Shown one piece after another: positions 54,269-62,060 of a stretch of 64,000 nt of DNA (position 1 is its first letter; every line of letters begins with the position of its first letter). The position numbers were made by a program, and so were the translations under genes. This DNA comes from Bacteroidales bacterium (GTDB lineage Bacteria > Bacteroidota > Bacteroidia > Bacteroidales > UBA3824). The stretch covers positions 5,104-69,103 of the forward strand of contig JAFPZK010000068.1 of NCBI GenBank assembly GCA_017417315.1, in the 5' to 3' direction. Below the pieces are notes generated by a model, which was given only the letters and a program-made list of their open reading frames with translations, did not search any database and was not told the origin of the DNA.

Positions 54269-55066
54269 TTACTCTTTAAGTTTATTTTGCCATTTTGAGT
54301 TGTCGTCTTTTTTAATATTTTCGACATAGAATCTGCCGTTTTCGTCAGCAAACTCCTTAATTGCTTTAATTCCGGCTATTACTTTGTCTATTTTGTCCGT
54401 AAAAGTTTTGTGCGGAAGATAAAACGTCGTCTTCTGACTTTTGCTGATTTTGACGGTAATTTTGTCGTTGGCTTTCATTGGCGTTATGAAAAATTCAAAA
54501 CCCTCGTCCCTAAGTTTTTGAAGCACAATGCTGTCGATTGCTGTGCGCTGAATTTTCGTCATCATTCTCTCTTTTGAAAGTTCCATAGCATAACGTTGCA
54601 ATTCGGCATACCAAGCCGGATAATTATCTTCAAGAAAATTGAAAAAAGTAATCATAGATTGCCGTTTCTGCCACAAAAGAGTACCGCATGTTACGTAGGC
54701 TTCGGCGACGGGGCGGACACAGCGGACTTCATGATAGTTATAATAATTGAACTCGAATTTTAATCCGCATTTCAATGTCAGTTCCAAATGACAATCATTT
54801 ACCGCTTTGACACAAACATCCGGCATTTCTGCTTCCAAATAATCTTTGATTAGAGAAATGCGGTTAATAGTTTTGTTTTTTGAATGTCTTGCGAACTCCG
54901 AATATTTACTTGCTGCGGTTTGAACAACTTTATCCAAGATCCGTTCAATAAAACTTTCCGCCGAAAAAGTCGGTATTTCAAAGAAGGTTTCTCTATAATA
55001 ACTCAAAGCCCAATCAATATCAGAACTTTCTATATTTTGGAAAATTGGTTTTTCAATTTTTGACAT
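54269..55066 (-). CDS. hypothetical protein, paralogue of 55321-56118
   Basis: 265 aa. The C-terminal half aligns (KITVKISKSQKTTFYLPHKTFTDKIDKVIAGIKAIK vs KIFFKISEKEKAMFYLSHKNFDTAIDKIIAAAKQLK). Lies 5 bp upstream of the MoxR gene. Confidence 0.5.
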   Translation of the reverse strand: MSKIEKPIFQNIESSDIDWALSYYRETFFEIPTFSAESFIERILDKVVQTAASKYSEFARHSKNKTINRISLIKDYLEAEMPDVCVKAVNDCHLELTLKCGLKFEFNYYNYHEVRCVRPVAEAYVTCGTLLWQKRQSMITFFNFLEDNYPAWYAELQRYAMELSKERMMTKIQRTAIDSIVLQKLRDEGFEFFITPMKANDKITVKISKSQKTTFYLPHKTFTDKIDKVIAGIKAIKEFADENGRFYVENIKKDDNSKWQNKLKE

Positions 55067-55203
55067 AATAGATAATGTTTAAACTGTGATTTTTTCCCTT
55101 TACAAAGGAAATACTTTCTTTATTTATTACCAAAATTAATTTTAGACATTTTTTAAAAAGCAAAAACTTCGTAAGTGCTTGATTTTTCAGACTAATTAAA
55201 AAT

Positions 55204-55300
55204 TATAACTCACCAAAACTCGTTTTTTTCTTGACTTTTGGTGAGTTATAAAAATTTTCAACTCACCAAAAGTCATTTTTTTTAGAAGTTTTGGTGAGTT
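55204..55300. repeat. tandem pair of hairpins with identical stems (aactcaccaaaa / ttttggtgagtt)
   Basis: Hairpins lie at 55204-55250 (15-bp stem) and 55260-55300 (12-bp stem), each with a 17-nt T-rich loop, 56 bp apart. They sit in the 254-bp gap between the two 265-aa paralogues. Confidence 0.7.
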
Positions 55301-55320
55301 ATACGGGGTAAATATTGTAA

Positions 55321-56118
55321 TTATAATTGTCCGTTTTGAAAATAATCATAGTCCGAAATTTTCTTGATTTCAATATGCAAATCCGCTTCCGCAATTAAAC
55401 TTTTAAGTTGTTTGGCGGCGGCAATGATTTTGTCAATAGCCGTATCGAAATTCTTGTGCGAAAGATAAAACATCGCCTTCTCTTTCTCCGAAATCTTAAA
55501 GAAAATTTTGTCGCGGAGTTTGCCCTGCTCCAACTTGTATGGAATCCCGCAAACGTCAAGTTTTTGTGTAGCAAACGATTTTACGGCAGTGGCTTTAAGT
55601 TCTTGAATTTTCTGCTTTTTATGATAATCGCGAATACATTCCTGCGCTAACGGTTGCCAAGAAGAAATATTAGCGCGGACAAAATCAATGATTTCGATAA
55701 CTTTATCACGGTCAGCATAATCCACGTAAATATCGTAAATTGCTCTTGATGTGAACTCAACGTCCAAACAACTTTGATATTCCTGCCAACGGAACAAAAT
55801 TTTTGCACCCATACCGAGGTTTACCCAAATACTTTTATTAGAATATTCATTTTTTGCGGCAAAAAAAACATCGTCCCCGTAACGTTTTTTCAAAATTTTA
55901 AAAAATTCTTGTTCGCGGTTAGGCTGATAATTTTTTTCGCTGTACGGACGGCGGAATTGTTCTACAAAATCGTGAACAACAGATTCATAGCACGTAATTT
56001 CAGCGTCCGTATCGTTAGGTTTGTCGCCGTCATAACAATACGAAATATACGAGGCAACGTTCATTCGTGCCTGATTTGCTATCCTTTTTGTTATTCTTTC
56101 AGGAAGTTCGATGTCCAT
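55321..56118 (-). CDS. hypothetical protein, paralogue of 54269-55066
   Basis: 265 aa, see above. Lies 5 bp downstream of 56124-57047. Confidence 0.5.
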   Translation of the reverse strand: MDIELPERITKRIANQARMNVASYISYCYDGDKPNDTDAEITCYESVVHDFVEQFRRPYSEKNYQPNREQEFFKILKKRYGDDVFFAAKNEYSNKSIWVNLGMGAKILFRWQEYQSCLDVEFTSRAIYDIYVDYADRDKVIEIIDFVRANISSWQPLAQECIRDYHKKQKIQELKATAVKSFATQKLDVCGIPYKLEQGKLRDKIFFKISEKEKAMFYLSHKNFDTAIDKIIAAAKQLKSLIAEADLHIEIKKISDYDYFQNGQL

Positions 56119-56123
56119 AATAA

Positions 56124-57047
56124 TTAGTCCTGTTTAACAAACTTTTCACCGTCCAAAACAAAAGTTTCTGTTATATTAGCCTTTTCGTCGGTGCGAACTA
56201 TGCTCTTGTCTGAAAAAGAATACTCCCAATAATCTTTTTTACCGGCAGTAGGTTGCGGCAGAATATTTTTTGCCTCCGTGAGTTTGCCGTTTTCAAAGTA
56301 CCAAAACTTGGTACCAAGGTCGTATAATGCTACCAAATATTTGTCTTTCAACTTGTAAATGCGATAGTTGACACAGTCAATGTACTTACAATCAACTACA
56401 ATACTAAAACCGTTTTTGTCCCATTCGGGAGTATTTTTTTTGTAATCGCAATCACCAAAAGCATAGTCGTGGAAATTTACGCATGCAAAGATTTTTTTAG
56501 CATCCTCCGACAGTACTTTTGAAGTATTAACGATATAGTTGAGAGTACTTTCCGGTACGAATTTTTTGCCGTTCCAATAATACCAATCTTCCTTGGATTC
56601 TTTTGTTGAGGGATTGTAGTCGATATATAACACTCCTTCGTCTCTGAAATAGGGATACGAGGTGTGTATATCATTTTTATCTTCAATGGGAATACTTTCT
56701 TTCGTAGGTGTGAGTTTTCCGTTTTCGTAATAGCTGATTAAGTCTTTTGCGGTTTCATTCACTACATAGAATTTTCCGTCAAAGGTTTTGTAAACGTGAT
56801 AAGAAACTTTCATGCCGTCGTTTTTTCCGCCTACTACTTTTGCGACAAAGCCGTTTTTATCCCAATATACGAAGTCGAATTTGTCTCCGTAAGTAACGGG
56901 ATTGTTAAAGAGTTTATAAATTGTTTTTGCCTCATTAGACATATACTTTGAAGTGTCAACGGCGTTGTCTAACATTTTAGAACTTTGCGCCGAAACTGTG
57001 CCGCAGATAATCATCAATGCGGCGAGGATAAAGAATTTTAGTTTCAT
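56124..57047 (-). CDS. secreted two-repeat protein of the WNGxKFV family
   Basis: Signal peptide MKLKFFILAALMIICGTVSAQ. Internal WYYWNGKKFVPE and terminal FVLDGEKFVKQD. Confidence 0.6.
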   Translation of the reverse strand: MKLKFFILAALMIICGTVSAQSSKMLDNAVDTSKYMSNEAKTIYKLFNNPVTYGDKFDFVYWDKNGFVAKVVGGKNDGMKVSYHVYKTFDGKFYVVNETAKDLISYYENGKLTPTKESIPIEDKNDIHTSYPYFRDEGVLYIDYNPSTKESKEDWYYWNGKKFVPESTLNYIVNTSKVLSEDAKKIFACVNFHDYAFGDCDYKKNTPEWDKNGFSIVVDCKYIDCVNYRIYKLKDKYLVALYDLGTKFWYFENGKLTEAKNILPQPTAGKKDYWEYSFSDKSIVRTDEKANITETFVLDGEKFVKQD

Positions 57048-57181
57048 GATATTATTAAAAGTAAAACATTCCGATTAAATTATATCGCAAATGTAATAAA
57101 AAAAACACGTTTTACCGTCAAAAAGAAAAAAATATTTTTTGCGGTAAAACGTGAAATTTTATAATAATGAATTAAAGTATC

Positions 57182-57661
57182 TTATTTGAATTTTATTGAC
57201 TGCAAAACTGCGCCTACATATTTTTCGTATGTAGCGGCTTCGTCTTTCGGATATTCAATAGAACCCATAAGACCGATTTTGTCTTCTTTCATAACGCAGT
57301 AGTTCCATTTTACTTGGTCTCCGGCAGCGCATTTAATAACATACGATTTGCCTTTAACAATCGGTGTTTCAGGAACTTCGCCTGCTGCTTTGACTGCAAC
57401 AGCCATATTTTCTGCCAATTCTTTGAGTTGGTCAAGCGTAGCACCGGAGGTGTTGTAAGTACCGCTCATTACTACCAAGCCGCTGTCGTCAGCAACATAA
57501 AAATCAGAACCCATAGTGTCATCTGCCGTGAGGCTTGAAGGATAACCTACCGTGAATTTTTCATGTTCAAAAGTCTTATCAAGTTTAGCACTCGGATCTA
57601 CTGCTACAACAGGCTCGTTGTTGCAAGTTGCGTTTGATGTTTTTTCTGTGCTTGTACACAT
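57182..57661 (-). CDS. hypothetical protein (possibly N-terminally truncated lipoprotein)
   Basis: 159 aa. It starts MCTSTEKTS with no signal peptide, which looks like the mature end of a lipoprotein. Confidence 0.4.
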   Translation of the reverse strand: MCTSTEKTSNATCNNEPVVAVDPSAKLDKTFEHEKFTVGYPSSLTADDTMGSDFYVADDSGLVVMSGTYNTSGATLDQLKELAENMAVAVKAAGEVPETPIVKGKSYVIKCAAGDQVKWNYCVMKEDKIGLMGSIEYPKDEAATYEKYVGAVLQSIKFK

Positions 57662-57762
57662 TTTTGTTTTGCAAATCTAACACTTTGTTTAAATAAAGGC
57701 AAAAATATTTTTTTTCAAAAGTAAAAAACTATATTTGCGCTGTTAATTTGTTAAAAAATCAA

Positions 57763-57770
57763 TACTTTTG
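57763..57770 (+). promoter_or_regulatory. -7 box TActTTTG (a second candidate TAtaTTTG lies at 57730-57737)
   Basis: Lies 22 nt upstream of ATG 57792. Confidence 0.35.
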
Positions 57771-57791
57771 CAACAAAAGATTACGATATTT

Positions 57792-58427
57792 ATGAACAAT
57801 AAAGAAGAAATACATAATCATTGCCGCAATTATTTGCCGCACATTGAAAATAAGCGTTATCAAATGATAACATTTAGGCTTTACGATTCCGTACCAAGAG
57901 AAGTTATCGAACGATGGAAACGTGAAGTTGATGATGGAGTGCGGGCTTCCAGCCCGCCTAATTTCCCTAATTTCCTAAATCCGCCTACTCAGCGGGCTGG
58001 AAGCCCACATTCCAAACTTGTTTTGATAGATAAATATGAGGATTCAGGAGCGGGGCAATGTTTTATGCGTGATGACCGCGAGGCACAAATCGTTAAAGAT
58101 ACGCTTTTTTATTATGACGGGGACAAATACAATATAATTGCATGGTGCATTATGCCAAATCATGTGCATATTTTAATTATGCTGTTAAAAGCAGTGTCTT
58201 TGTCTGAAATTATACATAGTTGGAAATCGTATTCTGCAAAACAAATTAATAAACTTCTTAACCGTAAAGGTCAGGTTTGGATGATGGAATATTTTGACCG
58301 TTTCATTCGCGATAGCGACCATTATGAAAAAGTAGTCAACTATATACACAACAATCCCGTTAAAGCCGGACTTGTAACATCACCCTCTGAATATCGTTGG
58401 TGTAGTGCATTTGAGAAACGGCATTGA
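57792..58427 (+). CDS. REP-associated tyrosine transposase (RAYT, IS200/Y1 superfamily)
   Basis: YLPHIENKRYQMITFRLYDS, HUH motif MPNHVHILI, and the catalytic-Tyr helix YIHNNPVKAGLV. ATG 57792 is preferred over TTG 57768. Confidence 0.85.
   Translation: MNNKEEIHNHCRNYLPHIENKRYQMITFRLYDSVPREVIERWKREVDDGVRASSPPNFPNFLNPPTQRAGSPHSKLVLIDKYEDSGAGQCFMRDDREAQIVKDTLFYYDGDKYNIIAWCIMPNHVHILIMLLKAVSLSEIIHSWKSYSAKQINKLLNRKGQVWMMEYFDRFIRDSDHYEKVVNYIHNNPVKAGLVTSPSEYRWCSAFEKRH
57936..58013. repeat. inverted REP doublet inside the RAYT ORF
   Basis: ggagtgcgggcttccagcccgcc (57936-57958) and its inverted partner gcgggctggaagcccacattcc (57992-58013). The doublet is 78 bp, exactly 26 codons in phase with the ORF. 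Confidence 0.85.
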
Positions 58428-58429
58428 TA

Positions 58430-58540
58430 GGAGCGCGGGCTTCCAGCCCGCTAAACATATATTAGAAAAGTTTAGCATGGAGTGCGGGCTTCCAGCCCGC
58501 CTAAAAAGTCGCTAAAAAGCAGGCTGGAAGCCTGCACTCC
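58430..58540. repeat. REP cluster downstream of RAYT (two direct copies, one inverted)
   Basis: ggagcgcgggcttccagcccgc (58430-58451), ggagtgcgggcttccagcccgcc (58479-58501) and inverted gcaggctggaagcctgcactcc (58519-58540). Each unit is itself a hairpin, gcgggct-tcc-agcccgc. Confidence 0.85.
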
Positions 58541-58585
58541 ACTATTACATTTATCACACATTATGATAATAAAAAAACACTTATT

Positions 58586-59026
58586 ATGGCAGACAATTAT
58601 TTAGAAAAAAGATACAACGAGGTTTTCGGACAGAAGAAAACCGTGAAAAAAATCGGACAAACGCTTGACAGTCTTTTTGAGAAAACCGTTAAAACTCCAA
58701 CGGTTAACAACGATTTGCCCGTTTCGGAAGACGTGCTGAACAAAATCATCGCCGTTAACACCAAAATCGCCTTTGTGGAAGGCGGACAAAAACTTTTTTT
58801 CAAACCTGTAAGCGGTTCAGAGGCGTTTATAATTATCAGCGAGGAAAAAAAAGATTTTGGCATAACCTTCGTAAATTTGGGAATTTTGCTGCAATCCATG
58901 CTGCTGAAAACCGTTGAAATAGGATTTCACGGAAAAGTAATTTCCAATTTTGACAAGGAAACTTTTAAGCGCGAATACCAGTTAAACGGCGTTCCCGTTG
59001 CTGTTTTGAAAGTCTTTCGTCATTGA
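58586..59026 (+). CDS. hypothetical protein (short nitroreductase-like fold is a guess)
   Basis: 146 aa. The MADNYLEKRY N-terminus is, from memory, shared by several Bacteroides oxidoreductases. Confidence 0.35.
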   Translation: MADNYLEKRYNEVFGQKKTVKKIGQTLDSLFEKTVKTPTVNNDLPVSEDVLNKIIAVNTKIAFVEGGQKLFFKPVSGSEAFIIISEEKKDFGITFVNLGILLQSMLLKTVEIGFHGKVISNFDKETFKREYQLNGVPVAVLKVFRH

Positions 59027-59896
59027 AAAATTAATCAACAAAACGGCTGACAAAATCAGCAAAATTCCGCCGAGAAGTTTTAGCGAAAACGCTTCACCAA
59101 AAACGCAAACACCTATTATAACGGCTGTTACTGGTTCTAACGCGCCGGTAACTGCTGCCGGTGTTGAGCCGGCAAGTTTTATCGAAACGTTCATAAAAAC
59201 CAGCGACAAAACCGTCGGGAAAAAGCCTAAAAACGCAGCCCAAAATACGGCTGTCATATTCGGTAACATTTGCAAAGAATTGCCCTCGCCGAAAAACGAG
59301 TAAACGACAAACAACGGTGTTGCAAAAAGCGTTATGAAAAAAGTTAATTTAACATTACTTATTTTTACTTTCAGTCTGTTGACAGCCACGATGTAAATTG
59401 CATAAGACAGCGATGACAAAACCACTAAAATTACGCCTGTCATACTGACGTTTCCGTCCCCTTTTGACAGCAAAACAATACCGCCTGAGGACAACACGAG
59501 TGCAATAACGGTTATTAACGAGACTTTCTCGTGAAAAAACAACGCCATTATCGCTGAAACCATTACGGGATAACAGAACAAAATCGTAGAAGCAACTCCA
59601 GCGTCCATGTAGTTGAAACTTGCATAAAGTGTCAGGGACGAAATTCCGAAAAATACGCCTAACAGAGCTGCAATACCGAGTTCACGTTTTGAGATTTTAA
59701 AGTTTTCGCCTTTTACTACGAGTGCGACGGCAAGCATTAAAGCCGCCGTGAAATATCTGTAAAAAACCGTTGAAACGGTGTTTAAGCCTTCTTGATAAAG
59801 AAAAAGTACGCCTAACGGGTTTGTTCCGTAACAAACCGCCGCTATTATTCCGAAAATTATTCCCTTTGTCTTGGTTGACATTTTTTTAATACTCAA
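58982..59896 (-). CDS. EamA/DMT-family transporter
   Basis: About 10 TM helices in two EamA-like halves. The start may be the internal Met at 59881. Confidence 0.8.
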   Translation of the reverse strand: MSIKKMSTKTKGIIFGIIAAVCYGTNPLGVLFLYQEGLNTVSTVFYRYFTAALMLAVALVVKGENFKISKRELGIAALLGVFFGISSLTLYASFNYMDAGVASTILFCYPVMVSAIMALFFHEKVSLITVIALVLSSGGIVLLSKGDGNVSMTGVILVVLSSLSYAIYIVAVNRLKVKISNVKLTFFITLFATPLFVVYSFFGEGNSLQMLPNMTAVFWAAFLGFFPTVLSLVFMNVSIKLAGSTPAAVTGALEPVTAVIIGVCVFGEAFSLKLLGGILLILSAVLLINFSMTKDFQNSNGNAV

Positions 59897-60593
59897 TTCT
59901 AAAATAATCCATTACCACTTTAAAATTATCTTGTGCTGAAAGACAAGTGTCTGTTAAATTGTCGTTGAAATCTTCGGTAATTATAAACGGTACAATTCCG
60001 CTTTGAAGACATTGCCAAAGAATCAACAGCCGCCCGATACGTCCGTTTCCGTCTTGAAAAGGGTGTATACGTTCAAAGCGGACATGAAAATCCAAAATAT
60101 TATCAAAAGTTATTGTTTGGGTTTTATAATAACTTTTTAATAAACTTTTAACTTCTTGCTGAACGTCTTCGGGCTGAGTAGTTTCTTGTCCGCCGACTTC
60201 GTTAGCCAATTTTTTGTATTCACCGACGGCAAACCACGATTTTTGACTGTCGGAAGTGTTGGTTTTCAGAACCAAATGAAGTTGTTTAATGTGATTTTCC
60301 GTAATGTTTTCAGTTGCATGGTCAATGACGTAATCAATACAGCGGAAGTGATTTACGGTTTCTAAAATATCATCAATGCGTGTACTTTCGGTTGTAGCAC
60401 CGAGAGTGTTGGTCTCAAAAATAAAGCGTGTCTGTTCTTTGGACAGACGGCTGCCTTCAATGTGATTTGAATTATAAGTCAAATCGATTTGTATGCGGTG
60501 ATAAATTCCGCCTTTTAGCCTTGACGACTTTTCTTGGCGCAAGCGTTGCAACAACGGCGAAATTTTTATTTCATTTTCCTTTAAAGTGTTCAT
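59886..60593 (-). CDS. Fic family protein (short form)
   Basis: HPFQDGNGRIGR Fic motif, 235 aa. Confidence 0.85.
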   Translation of the reverse strand: MNTLKENEIKISPLLQRLRQEKSSRLKGGIYHRIQIDLTYNSNHIEGSRLSKEQTRFIFETNTLGATTESTRIDDILETVNHFRCIDYVIDHATENITENHIKQLHLVLKTNTSDSQKSWFAVGEYKKLANEVGGQETTQPEDVQQEVKSLLKSYYKTQTITFDNILDFHVRFERIHPFQDGNGRIGRLLILWQCLQSGIVPFIITEDFNDNLTDTCLSAQDNFKVVMDYFRIEY

Positions 60594-60597
60594 AAAA

Positions 60598-61995
60598 TTA
60601 ATCCTTTAATACTTGCCAACGACCTAATTTGCGAGTCCCTATACGATTTAACAACCCGATACTTTGTAAGTATTGTATATCCCGTTTAATGGTGCGCTCA
60701 TTAACGTCTATTTTTTGGGACATTTCTGCGATTGTTATATCAGCATTTTGCTTAATTAAATTCAATATAACATTCTGTCTTTCAATAAGTTCTTTTGGGA
60801 CATCTTTTGTGACATTTTCTAGGACATTTTTTTGTGTCCCATTAGATTCCTTATCATCGATTTGCCAATTATAAGGGACAATCATACGGATAAAATTGCC
60901 GCCGAACTCAAAGTTTTCCCGTCCGTATTTCCGCATTATACGTGTCATACCAGAACCGAGTGCCTCAACCATTTCAACATCACGAAACACACGCATAAGT
61001 TCACGGTTGCGGGGCAAACTCACCCCATTAAAAAAATCATCTTTGGTTAGTCCCAAAGGTATAGTGCCGATAGATGTGATTTCTAACCGGTCTGAAAACA
61101 ATTCAATTTTTGACGGTGCACCGTAAAAATAGTCGTTATGTACAACTGCGTTAATAACGGCTTCTCTTACAGCGATTTTATCCCATTGCGGAGTGTCAAT
61201 ACGTTTTTTGGAAGTAATTACCGACGAAACTTTGTTTTCAACGTCAAGTTTGTCAAGTACTTTTTGCGTTGCCGTTATTAAACAACAATATCCGTACTCA
61301 TTATTTGAAATAAGGTCGTAACGGTCTGTCCCAGAATATTTTGCAAGTTTCATGGAGTTACTGTTCTCGTCTGCGAGGAGATAGGCTACGTAATTATATT
61401 TTCCGTCGTCAGTAAGCAAATCAAGCGAGCGCAAAAAGTTATCATTTAGTTGAAAACCTTTTTCTGAGTAATATATTTTTAATTGGACAAACGTCAAATC
61501 TTGACGCGGAGAAACTACGTTTTTTAGCGAATTATGAACTTTCCTTGCGTAAAGACCGTCAATTTGCTCTGTTGTCATCGGCTCTGCCGCTGTTCCGACA
61601 CGTATAAAACAGCCTTTTTCCGAAAGTCCGAACCGCGTTTTGTAGTAAGGCTTTTCGCTACCGGATGCCACAAAAATTTTTATAACATCCTTATTGTCAA
61701 TATGTTCAACTAACACATCAAACAATCCCATAGGCGAGGGCGAAATACCTGTTCTTATACGGTCTTTAATTTTCAGCATATCGCCGTCAATATCTTTTAC
61801 GCCGACGGGTGTTCCGTTGTCGTCAATACCGATGTATATAATGCCGCCCTCGCGGTAGTTGAGGAATGCCACAACTTCGCGTTCCAAATCAAGTTCGCGG
61901 GTTAATTCGCGTTTAAATTCTATGCGGTTAGTTTCTTGCATAACATTTATTAAAATTTCCGCTCCAAAATTACCACTTTTTGCCGATACAATCAA
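60598..61995 (-). CDS. AlbA_2 (Schlafen-like) + HATPase_c_4-like + wHTH putative DNA-binding protein
   Basis: RIEFKRELTRELDLEREVVAFLNYREGGIIYIGIDDNG (AlbA_2 signature) and a C-terminal HTH (ERTIKRDIQYLQSIGLL). Lies 4 bp upstream of the short Fic gene. Confidence 0.75.
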   Translation of the reverse strand: MIVSAKSGNFGAEILINVMQETNRIEFKRELTRELDLEREVVAFLNYREGGIIYIGIDDNGTPVGVKDIDGDMLKIKDRIRTGISPSPMGLFDVLVEHIDNKDVIKIFVASGSEKPYYKTRFGLSEKGCFIRVGTAAEPMTTEQIDGLYARKVHNSLKNVVSPRQDLTFVQLKIYYSEKGFQLNDNFLRSLDLLTDDGKYNYVAYLLADENSNSMKLAKYSGTDRYDLISNNEYGYCCLITATQKVLDKLDVENKVSSVITSKKRIDTPQWDKIAVREAVINAVVHNDYFYGAPSKIELFSDRLEITSIGTIPLGLTKDDFFNGVSLPRNRELMRVFRDVEMVEALGSGMTRIMRKYGRENFEFGGNFIRMIVPYNWQIDDKESNGTQKNVLENVTKDVPKELIERQNVILNLIKQNADITIAEMSQKIDVNERTIKRDIQYLQSIGLLNRIGTRKLGRWQVLKD

Positions 61996-62035
61996 ACATC
62001 AGCATAAAATATTTGCAGAATTAAATAATTACCAC

Positions 62036-62043
62036 TATCTTTG
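62036..62043 (+). promoter_or_regulatory. -7 box TAtcTTTG
   Basis: Lies 18 nt upstream of ATG 62061. Confidence 0.4.
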
Positions 62044-62060
62044 CAAAAAATTTGTGTATT

